A stretch of 62,947 nucleotides of DNA, filler included, from Rhabdomonas costata (taxonomy: Eukaryota), in NCBI GenBank assembly GCA_019059605.1. It is 20 parts of 20 records of this genome, joined end to end, with 100 filler letters (N's around TTAATTAATTAA, not from the genome) between each part and the next. Parts side by side here need not be neighbours in the genome. Positions count along the whole stretch, not along the records: positions 37,835 to 40,880 come from JAHMHO010001489.1; positions 40,981 to 44,026 come from JAHMHO010001490.1; positions 44,127 to 47,178 come from JAHMHO010001491.1; positions 47,279 to 50,321 come from JAHMHO010001492.1; positions 50,422 to 53,470 come from JAHMHO010001493.1; 15 more parts are not named here. One strand, written 5' to 3'. Numbering within the stretch: position 1 is the stretch's first letter; each line of letters starts with the position of its first letter. The translations under genes were made by a program, and so were the position numbers. The notes below the pieces were generated by a model that worked only from the letters and a program-made list of their open reading frames with translations, did no database searches and had not been told where the DNA came from. Shown piece by piece: positions 40,261 to 52,364 of the stretch.

Positions 40261-41085
40261 ACGAGGGCAATGGGTTGATGCCTCCGAGCTGGCCCTTGGA
40301 TCAGCCCTCGTTTGCTCCAAAGATTTAGCCGGTGTCGCAAACCATATAAGTGAGCGGATGCGGCAATGTATCAAATGCTTTCATGATCTGGTCGGGCAGA
40401 TAGAGGCATACCTGGAAGGGATGGGGGCTACATGCGTCCAGGAGTATACACCAAGGTGGCCTGAAGTAACTTACGAGTGTCAAGTATTCTTTAGCAAATG
40501 TGAACCTTTATTAAAAATAAGGTACAGTACACAGAACTGTACTATCCTGTACTTTTTCGGAGACATTATGCGTTACAGGGCGGGTTCCAATATTTAGAAC
40601 CCAAAAGTCAGTTACATGATGCTGTTTCATACGCCCATCACAAAATTCATTCATTCACCCTCCTCCGGAAGGGTCATCCGTGGGCATCCCACCATAGCTA
40701 CGGTCATTTTTGCAATTCCCCACATTGTGTGTGCTGCTCCCCATCGCTGGATAAAACCGGAACGTCCCCGCACTTCCTCGCAAACCACGCCTGCAAGGCC
40801 CCCCGGGCCACGTCATATGAGCGGTGGGCAGAGTTTCTCATGAGGGCCTCCGCCTTTGCCGTGTTACAAGCCCCCCACCCNNNNNNNNNNNNNNNNNNNN
40901 NNNNNNNNNNNNNNNNNNNNNNNNTTAATTAATTAANNNNNNNNNNNNNNNNNNNNNNNNNNNNNNNNNNNNNNNNNNNNTTTTTGTTGGGAACAACGAC
41001 CAGACCTATGTGAGGACGCTCAGCCAGCCCTTCCCCGGCACACTGAAGTTCAGCACATAGGTCTGGTCGTTGTTCCCAACCAAAA

Positions 41086-42147
41086 CCAGACCTATGTGCT
41101 GAACTTCAGTGTGCCGGGGAAGGGCTGGCTGAGCGTCCTCAGCGACCCCATCACCATCGGGCTGTGCCCCGAGGCCCGGAGCTACGCCGTCAGCCGCACC
41201 ACAACCTGCCTGCGCTGCCCCGCTGATGCCCTCTGCAATGGTTGATGGGTCTTCAGCCCTTTCCCTTTCAGCCCAGATCACTTCAAATTGCCTGCCACTG
41301 CATCAGAGATAGTTTACTGGTTCCGCATTGTATCATAGACGGGTGGTTGGTTGTTCTGGTGGGTGTGGGCTGCTTCCTGCGGCCAAAAAGTATTGATGAT
41401 GGGTGCAGAATAGCCGTTCTCAGACGGCGCATTGTCCACCTGAACCAACGCCTTTGGGCAATAGAGCAGCGCATATCAAGGGGTCGAGGCCAGAGACAAC
41501 TCTCGATTTCCTGACATCTATCATCTTTTGTCCTCTCCGCGCACTGCCAATACAATTTCTTCTTGGCATGTGCCCCATTTCTTTGCCACCGACAGGCACC
41601 AGCATCCTCCTTGTGGATGAGAACTATTGGAGGGGAAGCGAAGACAGCCTCACGTTGTACCCGTGCAAAAATCTGGGCGTGTGCAACCCCAACGGACCCC
41701 GGGCGCTGACGGAGTGCGAGAAGGTTATCCACACGCATACCTTGTCCTGTCTTTCAATGGCGCAATGCTGAGTAATCCAGTTTCAGGGTTTGCTGGGACT
41801 TGTGGTTTGCCTGCATTTGGATGATGTCTTTTCGTTTTTGCCGGGGCACTTTGCTGCTGTGCCGAGTTTCTGGATGTTTATCCAGAGTTGGCTTTTTGCC
41901 TTTCTTGGCTCTGTCGACTTTTCAGGGCTCCTCTGGGCCGCTGTGCGAGATCTGCGTTGATGGCCACGTGCACACCTCCAGCAGGGGCTGCGTACAGTGC
42001 CCCAGCTACGCCGCCAGCCTCGCCACGTTGTCCCTGGTGTGGGCCGGGGTGATGGCCGTTGTGGTGGTGCTGGTGCTCACCTCGCTGGACCCCAAGCACA
42101 ACGAGGAGCTGCCCGTAGTGCTCAAGATCACGATCAACTACATGCAG
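41086..42147 (+). CDS. Cys-rich extracellular plus transmembrane protein of the large protist multi-TM family, partial (41086-41240, 41596-41723, 41926-42147)
   Basis: TCLRCPADALCNG|...ENYWR...LYPCKNLGVC...CEKG|SSGPLCEICVDG...CVQCPS, then a TM helix and VLKITINYMQ. Confidence 0.75.
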
Positions 42148-43552
42148 GTAGCGTGCCCCATTGACAGGGAGTGCCTTCAGATTGGTCACATCTTTTGTTT
42201 TTGTTTTTGTTTTTTGTTTTTTGTTTTTGTGCTCTCGTCGCCATGAAGAACGTCAAAGGCGAATTAAATGATGAGGGATTACTCTCCCCTCCCCCCTGCC
42301 TAAGTTTCATATCTCGTGGCGAATCCTTTCACACGTTTTTGTTTACTTATCTTTTACCATTGTGAATCATGAATCATTGGTCTTCGTCTCGGGAAATTGG
42401 GTGAAGGGTTCAATCACGGAGTGTTCTGTGGAGCTTGTGTTGTGCTTCACTCTTTCTGGGCCGTGGGTGGAGCTAAAACTCTTTCTTGTGAACTTGAGCA
42501 CAATGCATACTCACCTACTCATGCATGCTTGACTGTGGTGTTTCGATGTGAGCTCGGCTGCACAGCAACGCCGACTTGTTTTTCCTAAGTGCCTTCTCAG
42601 GACTTTTTTTGATTTTGCATCTGCCGTGCGCTGCCATGCTCCGCGATGCGTTTTTCGTGCCGATTACGAGGCGATTGATTTCATCGCTGCAAGTCGCTAT
42701 GATTTTCTCTTCCAGCTGTATGCAGCGTGCGTTGTTGACGTTGCCTAGACGCTGGAATGGAGGAACTTCCGGAGCCCCCCCCCCCTCACCTCATCTGTAC
42801 ATATCCACAAAGCACTTATACATACGAGGTGCAGTGCCTGCAGCTGTACCCAGAGCCCGAGCCCCGTCCCACCTCAACTGCACCGCCTTGAGCGTGCCAA
42901 AAAGAGAATGGGATACCCTCTGTTTGTGTTCTGGCTTCGATTAAACTGCTGGCAGCTGCGGTGTTTCCTGTGCTCGCCCCCTTTGCGTTCCCTTCTTTGT
43001 TTGCTTCATGTACAAACAACTTGCCGGCTGCATTTACCTGGCAAGTGCAGCAGAGGGTGGACTCAGAACCTGTGACATCTTCCAAAACCCCTTTTTCGCC
43101 GGTTTGACTGAAGCAGAATTGGGGGGGGGTTCCGGGTTGCTTGGAATGGAACTGAGTGTGGGATTTTGATTTCGTTCTTTTTGAAATAATGGGAGGAGAG
43201 ACCCGCTCCTGGGTTTGAGTGGGCACGTCAGCGAAGTCGCGCAACATCAGAAGACCTGGCGCACGCTCGTGAGTTCCGCACTCATGCTAAAAAATATCGC
43301 TTGTGCCGCCGTAAACGTGAGATTTGGAAAGAAGGGTTAAACTCTAGGTGATTGCGTGACGAAATGACTGCTGCTTGAGGTCAGCGTACATTGTTCCAGT
43401 CCTCCTAGACAAAAGCAATTTTCTTTCAGGACGGCATTAAAAGGGACTCCCTGGATAACTGTATAGTGGCAGTGAAAGTCAAACCACCGTGATGAACGTC
43501 TTTTTCTTTCTTGGGTCACCAGGGTTTTCTCATTTAGCCTGCAAGCCTGCAA

Positions 43553-43912
43553 ATGTCTCTACGCGCTGCCCATGAACTCTTTCTCCAAGAGAAGTACAGC
43601 GCTGCCATCAAGCAGTACTCCGCACTCATTTCCTCTTCTGAGGCCACACCAACACCGACACCAGGATCCGCTCTGCCACAGCTGCTGTGCAGCCGTGCCC
43701 TGTGCTACCTCCGGCTGCGGCTATGGAACAAGGCTCTGCGGGATGCCGAGCAGGCCCTGGGGTTAACCCCGGGGCTGCCTGTGGCGCTGCAGCGAAAGGC
43801 CGCCGCGCTGCTGTCGCTGGAGCGCCGGGAGGAAGCCGAGGCTGTGGTTAACTCGGCGTGCGCTGAGCTGGCGGACGTGGAGCTGTTCTCCCAGCTGCAG
43901 GCCTTAGTGAAG
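43553..43912 (+). CDS. TPR protein, first exon; resembles the SRFR1/TTC13-type N-terminus
   Basis: Three TPR helix pairs (KYSAAIKQYS; LLCSRALCYLRLRLWNKALRDAEQAL; ALQRKAAALLSLERREEA) followed by ADVELFSQLQALVK|gt. Confidence 0.75.
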
Positions 43913-44126
43913 GTCTGCAGACACACCTACCACACACCCCACCCCGCTTTTTGTTTCTGGAGCGGGGTGTCCTTCATCTTCTGTATCCCACGCCTCCGGA
44001 CCACACACTCACACTCACCCAACACANNNNNNNNNNNNNNNNNNNNNNNNNNNNNNNNNNNNNNNNNNNNTTAATTAATTAANNNNNNNNNNNNNNNNNN
44101 NNNNNNNNNNNNNNNNNNNNNNNNNN

Positions 44127-44758
44127 TTTCTGGTTGGATGTATTGGCTTGAACTGTATCTGACTAAATGGGCTAACATCAATTGGTATACCTGTTATTAT
44201 ATTATTTTGGTTTGAATTTAAATATGCCCCGCTTGTTATATTACATTTCACGAGAATCAGTTGAAGGTTATTTAATGTTGCTTGTTGTGGACTTTCAACT
44301 GATAAGTTTGCACTTATTACCCCTCCAATTTGCACGCCATCATTCGCAAATCCTAGCAATTGCATGAACGAATTACTAGTACAGTTGATATATGTGTTAG
44401 GTTGACTAAAATAAACAATTGTCTTTGAAGTTGCAGGGTTTCCAGCAAATTTGAATAATTGTGCTCCATTTTGTGCACTTGTTATACGATTTATTGTTGT
44501 GTTCAGCTCATCGATACCATATACACCGATGGGAATATTTGTATTATATGTAGTACCATTAACCTTGTAAGAAAAACCAGTATATGAGCTCGTAATGTTC
44601 GGTTGACAATAAACCACATTAGCTTGTAAAACCCGAAGTTGCCATTTCTTCTTTGGGTCTAATTCAATTGGTGGATTTAAATAAACTCTTACAGTGCTTC
44701 CTCTGTAGTTAACGTATTTGTTAGAATCAGCCTTATTATTCACATAGATTGAATACAT
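44127..44758 (-). CDS. Minor capsid (penton, single jelly-roll) protein of Polinton/PLV/adintovirus type, 3'-truncated
   Basis: Ordered motifs typical of Polinton-type pentons: YLNPPIELDPKKKW, PNI, IPIGVYGIDELN..INR, NSFMQLLGF, ILVKCNITSGAYLN, IPIDVSPFSQIQFKP. Confidence 0.8.
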
Positions 44759-44798
44759 TATATTATATGCTTAGATTTTTATCTTAACATGATATATA
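44759..44798. promoter_or_regulatory. 40-bp AT-rich bidirectional intergenic region, putative divergent viral promoter
   Basis: + strand ATCTTAACATGATATATA-ATG; - strand ATCTAAGCATATAATATA-ATG; TCTW lies 13 nt before each ATG. Confidence 0.55.
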
Positions 44799-47178
44799 AT
44801 GAATCCATTTCTAAGTTCAAGTGATAATGTTTTAACCACAACAGGAAAAGTTATATCTATATCAGTCAATAAAATACCAACAGATGTATTCGGTGAAATA
44901 GATGTTCCGTTATCATCACTTCCAGATGTAGCATTAACTGATCCATATGATAAACAAGTTTTACAGTATGATCAAACATTATCACAATGGATAAATGCAT
45001 CAGTTTCATCAATATCATCTCTTGCATCTCTCAGTGATTGTACAGTTGCATCTGTTAGTAATAAACAAATTTTACAATATAATTCAAGTACTTCTAAGTG
45101 GAAAAATGCAACAGCTGCTCTTGTTTCAGCTCTAAACACTTTAATAGATTGTACTATTAGTAACCCCACTAATAATCAAGTACTCCAATACAACACAACG
45201 TTATCAAAATGGGTTAATACTCAGGTTGATCACACATCCTTATCAAATATTGGAACAAATACGCACACTCAAATAGATACTTTTATAAATTCTAAGGCTC
45301 AATCTAACGGTATAGCATCCCTAGATTCAAACGGAAAATTAAACACAAATCAATTGCCATCTATAGCTCTTCAAAATGTTACTTCAGTTCAAACTATAGC
45401 GCAAAGAAATGCGCTTACAGTAGATGAAGGTGATGTATGTATTGTAACCAATGATACAACAAGTTCAAACAATGGATCGTATATATATAATGGTACCGGA
45501 TGGTCAACGTTATCATTGTGTATTTCACCGATTCATTTATCATCATTATCTGATGTTGCATTAGGTACACTGTCTTCAAATCAAGTATTAATGTGTAATG
45601 GCACAAACTGGGTTAATAGTAGTTTAATTAGTTCCTTATTATCAGACTTTAATATATCAAGCCCTTCTAATGGTCAGGTGTTAACATATAATATTATTTC
45701 TGCAAAATGGATCAACGCTAGTATTCCTAGCATGTCTTTAGTCTCTCTATCGGATGTTGCAATTTCTGGACCATCTAGTAATCAAGTCATTGTATGGAAC
45801 AATAGCACTTCTAAATGGAACTCCTCAAATTTATCTGGTTCATTATTGAGTGATTTTAGTATTAGTTCACCTATAACTAATCAAATACTACAATATAGTA
45901 ATTCTAAATGGACTAATAAAACTGCTTCTTTGATTAATGGGTGTATGAGTGACGTTGTTCTTCTATCAGTTCCTTCAAAAACTCAAGTATTATCATATGG
46001 CGTTACATCCTCAAAAAATGTAATTTTTTGTGGTACTTCAGCAGGTATATATTCGAGTAGCGACGGTTTAACATGGTCATTAATATCATCTTCACCGTCT
46101 AATGTTGCAGGTGTTGCATATGGTAATGGTTTATACGTCGCTATTACTACTTCTGCTGTTGTTTATATAAGTTCAGATATGGTCACTTGGTCTAATGCGA
46201 GCGCGAATTTGAACTCTATTTTCATATCAGTTTATTGTACTGGATCATCTATTATATTTGATGGTACTTATTTTGTCGCTGTTGGTTCTAAAACTACGTC
46301 CTCTTGTGCATATAGTACTAATGGTGTTGCTTGGACTGCATCATCTCTTTCTAAAAATCAAGGTTATAACGTACTGTATAATGGTTCCTTATATATGATT
46401 GGCGTAAATGGATCTGGTGTTGGTTATTATGCATCAAATTTAACCGGAACTTGGACAGCTACAACTATTGCTGGTACACCCAGCCCTAATTATGTTGCAT
46501 TTAATGGTACAACTTGGCTGATTGCAAATACGACGGGTGGTTTGTACTACAGCACTAACAATTGGTCATCATACACTAATTATAATTCTTTTGGTTTTAA
46601 CGTGTACACAGTTCAGTATAATACAACGAATGGTTTATACATTGTTTCTAATAACACAAATTCATATGCATATTCAACCAATTTGACATCATGGACAACT
46701 GGAACACTACCTTTTTCACTTAGCCCATCAACATCTTTTATTAGTGTAAATTTTGGAAATATGACTATCGTTTCTGGTAATGGAAGCAATATATATGGTT
46801 ATACGTCCAATGGTAGTACATGGTCTGCAGTTACAATTGGAAATGGGATAACAATAACTGGCATGTCATCAATAAGTATACCTAGTTATTCATGGACAAA
46901 TATTACACCGTCAAGTTCGTTATTAAGTGATTTTGGTGTTTCAAATCCATCAAATGGACAGTTCTTAAAGTATAATGGTACTTCTTGGGTTAACTCAACT
47001 GTGACATTAGGAACAACAACTATAGCAGGATGTACAGATGTTTCTGTCTCCAGCCCCTCAAATGGACAGTTCTTAAAGTATAATGGTACTTCTTGGGTAA
47101 ATTCTACTGTGAACTTAGGAAGTACTACTATTGCAGGATGTACTGATGTTTCTGTGTCTCTTCCTGTTCAAAATCAAA
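44799..47178 (+). CDS. Virion fibre / receptor-binding-like protein (>790 aa, 3'-truncated)
   Basis: Eleven LSDVxxxxPxNxQxLxYNxxxxWxN repeats; fibre-type motifs NIGTNTHTQID and NGIASLDSNGKL; a ~290-aa insert with Asp-box-like SxDGxTW motifs; Ser/Thr/Asn-rich. Confidence 0.78.
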
Positions 47179-50100
47179 NNNNNNNNNNNNNNNNNNNNNN
47201 NNNNNNNNNNNNNNNNNNNNNNTTAATTAATTAANNNNNNNNNNNNNNNNNNNNNNNNNNNNNNNNNNNNNNNNNNNNGTTTTGTATTGTGTCACTGTCG
47301 CTCGTTCAGTTTGTGTTTTTCAGTAATTGACATAATTGGGCCTCAAAACACTGTACCGGTCACATGAATACTCTCAGAGCTGTCGTGCTTGACCTGAGGG
47401 TCAGTGTTTTTCCCTCTCATTCTCTTTGCTTGACACGCTCATTACGTCCCCGCTCCCGTCCCCCGCCTTCCTCCCTCGCCTCCCTCTGTTCCCGACCCTC
47501 CTAGTTTCCAGCGAGATAGGGTTGCAGGTGAGATTTAAGAACTGTTTGGCAGACGAAAGTGCTGAAGCAGTTGAGGATCGCCCCTCGTACGGGAGGAGAA
47601 CACAGATGTAGGAGAGTATTTTCAGGAATATGTCATTACGCTTTTCCTCCCCCTTTTGCATGCATTTTTGTCCTTTTCTTACTCGGGTGTACTTTGGCTA
47701 CTATTTCATAACTGTTGCGCACAGATGCCGCTGAGTGAATGTGGAAGTCGATCTTCGTGCCGCACTCCTGGTCCCTGGGCTTCGCCGGAAACTGTGAAAT
47801 CGGACAGCCTTTTCCAAATGGCGCACTCGGAAATTCCCAGTATGCTGCGGAAGAAAGCCAATGCTCCAATTGGCGCGTTTCGGGTCTGTTCGGATCAGGA
47901 AATCTATAAAATCAGAAGCTCTATCATACCGGGGGGGTGGATCAGAGATAATTCCACTCTATTCTGGAACGCGCCGCCTTGAATTCTTGAGTCATGACCG
48001 CCCCCCCCCCGTGGGGGTGAGGGGTACTTATTTTTGCGGTGAATCACGAAATTGGGCTGGCGGGGCACCCCACATACGGTTATGTGGCGCGCTTTCAAAC
48101 TCCAAAACCACCACCCCAGTCAAGTTCCTTACATTATTTGGCGCGCTCCCCTGACTCGACAGAGCATGGTGCTGTCCAGTAATCAGCCAGGAGGGATGTT
48201 TTTTTGTCCCTAGCAGTAATCTCGAAGCATTTGATTAGCATCCATGTCGACCCAGTACTGCACATGGTCTAGCAGTGTCAGGGGTACTTCCTCTGCCTTC
48301 CCTCACCGTTTCCCCCGCAGGCTCCCCGAAGACTCCGCACAGTGGCCGCCTTCTCCTCCCTCGGCTTGGAGACTCTGTCCGTGCTCGCAGCTTAGTGACT
48401 CAACCAGCCGAAGAAGGGTCTCTGTTGCATTTGTCTGACGGGCGTCCTTTGCCGTAGCCGTCTCTTCTTTCCCTTTTTTCTCCCTTCCCTGTCTCTCTCA
48501 CTTGCTTCTTTTCAGTTCTCTTTTTCCACACAGTCACCACAAGTTTGAGGCGCCGACTCAACCTCTCCCCAAGCCGCCTCCCACCTCGATACGTGACACT
48601 GTGAAGTGTCTGTCCGTTTTTGTTTTCCGGCTGCTGCCTCGCTCAAGCGGAATCTGCCAAGCGTCATGTTTCAGCGAGGTTTGAACGAAGCTGTGGCAGC
48701 AGCGCCGTGCCCATTCCGCACTCTTCCCGTCACCCGAACCACTGCACACTCAACGCACAGACACACACAGGCACACCTTTTCCGTGCCTTGCTTTCTGGG
48801 AGACGGTCACTTGTCCCATTTTTCTAGAACCGTTCCTTTTCCCTCTTGCGATGACTCCTCTTCTCTCTTTTCCGCTTCTATTGTGTTTTTTGCTGGTCCT
48901 TTTTTGGTGACCTGTGTGTTTTTGCGTGCGCGGGAACGGCTTTGTGACGGTGTGTGCTTCCTGGGGCTGCGCTTGCTGTGGGGTTCGTTGTTTTCTCTTT
49001 TTGATTTTCCCGGAGGCCCGCGCAGTGCACAGGTATTGTGTCGGCAGTGTCGGCAGAGGACGCATGAGCAAGGCAAGGGCTCCTTCTGTCTCTGCTGAAG
49101 CGGTGCTTCGATGGGGTTTCTTGTTGGGCGAGGTTATTCGGCGTGGGGGCATTCGATTCTTTCCGGTTCTTGTCCAGCGAGGGTACCGCGTTCCTTTTTT
49201 GTTGCCAATGAGAAACCTCAGAGTTACTCAGAATGACGACTGTTTGGTCGCAATCCAAACCACAGTGGCTCTCTTTCCTTCTATCGGTTGTGTTCTGCTA
49301 TCAGCCCTTCCATGGAAATGTATGCTTGTATCTTTGAAAAGTAAGCTTGTGTCATCACTCTCCCATTCTGAAAGCCATCTGTGAAAAAGAAAACATCTCT
49401 GAATTCGCACGTACATTCAATCTGTCTCCCGCTTTTGCTCTGGTTTCTTCTTCCCGTGGGTGTATGCTCTCTGTGCTTGCGAGTTTGGGTAACCTCTTGT
49501 CCCATTCTCCATTTTGTTCGGTTTTGTTGGGCTCTTTCTCTTAGACATATTGTCGTGAAGCACAATTGTCCTCCTCACCCACAAACCTTTGTTTTGTAGT
49601 TTTGGTTCAGCTTTGTCTTATTGCGCCCATCCTGTCTTGCAGGGGGGGCGCCGTCCGTACACCATTTGTAACGTTCTGTAGTAAACCACTCAAAGAGTCG
49701 AAAAATGTGTCATTGCGATCAAAATGCAAACGACGAGGGATCTAAGTGTGGCAGAACAAGAGCGCTGCACGTGTGTGTGAGGGCTTTGAGAAAATATACC
49801 ATGCTGCCCAAGCATCCGATACCTGGGCTCCGATGCCTTATTTTGGTGGAGGCGTTAAACGTTAACAGCAGTGTTTCAAAAACGCTACAGCCCTCGTCAG
49901 GGAAGAAAAGCAGCAAGGCAATCAAAAATATTGCATTTAGGAATAGTTGGATTTTTCCTCTCCCACGTTGGGGTAAAAAAGAACTTTCTCATTTTTTTCG
50001 CAGCTCGTACTCTGCACTCGTTTGACAAACACAAACCAGGACACATCTGTCTTTCCTTTATATTTCCCACATGTCCGTGGAAGTTAGTGGGGCCTCTGCG

Positions 50101-50870
50101 AATTCTGTGCTTCCCAAGCTCAGGATCAAGCGAGAGATGGTGCTTATGGACCTTTCCTTTGGCAGCGGCAAGGTATCTTGTGGTTAGGGAGCTCTGTTTT
50201 GCAAAACCAGAAAATGAGGAAGCGACAGGGCGACTTTTGTGTTCTGACTATGTTTGTTCAGTCAGCTCCATTCGATAGTATTTGAAACAAGTGATTAGAA
50301 AAATACAAGCAAAAAAAACCCNNNNNNNNNNNNNNNNNNNNNNNNNNNNNNNNNNNNNNNNNNNNTTAATTAATTAANNNNNNNNNNNNNNNNNNNNNNN
50401 NNNNNNNNNNNNNNNNNNNNNTTGTGGTGTGTGGGCACAATGCGGACCCCCCCCCGTTCAGTTTACGATGAATTACGTCAGATACGTACCCAGGTATTGT
50501 TGAACTGAGGTCCCCCCTTCCTGCACCCCCACATATAGGGGGCACATGCTTCGCCCTCTAAACCCATGCAAGAACTTCTGTCCTGTCCTAGGGACACGTC
50601 CCGCGACTGCAAGGTCGCCTGGGTTCTTTGTCTACCTATCCCCCTGCGAGATCTTCGATCATGTCCTGACAGGTGGACGAGACATGTATCTTGTACCATA
50701 TCTGTACCTACACTGTAAACTGGTCCCCAAAAGATACCAGCGCAAAAGTTGATTTTTGATAGATAAACCTTAGGTGAGGGCAAAGGGAGCAGTTCCTGCG
50801 AAAAGTCCAGCATGCAAAATGTCCTTCCTCCCAATCATTTTCTTCATTGGATGCTTCGAATACCTGTATT

Positions 50871-51722
50871 CAGAAGAATTGCTCCTGGCAGACTCCAAGA
50901 GAACTGTGACAATGAGTGGCAGATCTTCAGGTGAGCACTTACTTGCTGTTTCCGATTCCGTGTTCTCAGAGGGAGAGGGTGCTGACTTCGCTGCTGGAGC
51001 ACCAGCCCGGCCTTGTGGTCGGTGTGGTGGGGAGCTCGGCGGCCTCGCTGGCCACCAGACGGGCTGCTCATGTCAGCGTCTGCCCTCGCATGCCCCCACC
51101 CCAGCTGCGTATGCTGCCCTAAGCCGCCCGTTTCTCTTTTCAAGAATATCCAAGCCAATTCTTTTTGGTGTTGTTTATGTAAGTTTTTTGTCTTGTATCT
51201 TGTATCTCGGGCGGCCTCCCCCGATCAACCAATTGCGTAACAAGCAGTGCACCTGTTTGCTGGCATGTCCTTTCTATGTATCTCGTCTTGGCAGTGGCAG
51301 ATAGTCCGTGTTGCAATCCTTGGCATCTGCTTTGACGCTCGCGGGTGCGGCAGGCTGTGGTAAGAATGGCGCTGCTAAAGCCTGGGGGATTTTCCCGGGG
51401 CATGGGAACATTGTTTGGGGTTATGGGGGCATAGGGTGACGCGAGGCGAACCTGCGCTGAGTATTTATCACTTCAGTGTTCATGAATGGTACCAGAGCAG
51501 CATTTATCCCGAAAGGAGCTTTGCACCGGCGGGTTTTCTGGTTTGCATCTCGTTTTGCGTGATGGTTCAGCTTCCCTCGCCGTGGATGGAATGTCCCTGT
51601 GGACCTTCCTGGAGGCCACCGCGGACATGGTGCTGCTGGACGGAGGGCTGGAGACCTTGGCCTCTGCCCTTCGAGTGGCTCAGGGCAACCGCGAGGGCTT
51701 TGGAGACACCCAGCAGCCCTGA
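50871..51722 (+). CDS. Last three exons of a hypothetical protein
   Basis: Phase-consistent GT-AG chain: RIAPGRLQENCDNEWQIFR|ERVLTSLLEHQPGLVVA|SLAVDGMSLWTFLEATADMVLLDGG...QQP*. Confidence 0.5.
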
Positions 51723-52145
51723 GGGCTGGTTCATTGCAGAGATGGCGAGCAAGCGTAGTAGCATGGATGACCTGCGTGTTTCAAGGCGTGGAGAGTGTCC
51801 GACCACACTGTGTAGCAGCTCCCGTAAGGTTCCATCATGATTCTGTTGCTGGCTGTGGAGGGGACTTGGGTGTTGTGGCCTGTCTTGTGCTTGTTGTGGT
51901 TGTTAGGAAACACTCTTTAACATGACCCCAATGACCCCACGAGCAGCGAGAGTGAGGCAATGAAGCAAACATCCACAATCTTCCCGTTCCCTGCCATGCG
52001 GATGATTTGGGCCTACGTAGGTGCAATGTGACCATTTGTCGGGCTTGCCACCATTTTTGCTTCCTACAGTCCCTTTTTGCGCTTGCTTTTTCAGAGAAGT
52101 ATTTTTTTTCTGATCTTTTGTTCGCACAAGCTGCGCAGCGGTTAA

Positions 52146-52364
52146 ATGGCGCGCACCAGATGCCCTGCGCTTTGCTCCCAGCTGGGGGCCAACCTGGTGT
52201 CGCTGAAGTTTTTGCTGGTGGTGGCGTTTGTCGTCCTAATGGCCATTGCGGGGTTTCTGGGGTTCTACCTGACGTACGTGCAGAGTCTGCAGAGCCTGCA
52301 CGACCTGGCCCAGTTCAACATGCGAGAAGCCGCACAGAGCGTAGCCACCCGGATCGTCTGGAAG
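52146..52364 (+). CDS. First exon of a membrane sensor, resembling the TM1 plus Cache-leading helix of receptor-type cyclases
   Basis: TAA-ATG start; SLKFLLVVAFVVLMAIAGFLGFYLTYVQSLQSLHDLA; ends AAG|gtgg. Confidence 0.6.

Larger units (their letters stand above)
44127..47178. mobile_element. Fragment of a Polinton/Maverick, Polinton-like virus or related small dsDNA virus (endogenous or co-assembled)
   Basis: Whole contig is AT-rich, intronless and ~99% coding, unlike all neighbours; encodes a penton-like protein and a fibre-like protein. Confidence 0.8.

Noticed and set aside
40981-41140. Nested inverted duplications at the start of contig 14 (invertible segment or shufflon?)
   Set aside because: Exact forward-reverse-forward copies of one coding exon at a contig edge; typical fold-back or template-switch artefact.
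44799-47178. Host surface adhesin or bacterial autotransporter
   Set aside because: No signal peptide, no introns, composition unlike the host, and head-to-head with a penton-like gene; a viral fibre fits better.
47279-50321. Many overlapping 60-156 aa ORFs in contig 16
   Set aside because: No recognisable motif or consistent exon chain; probably intronic or UTR sequence.
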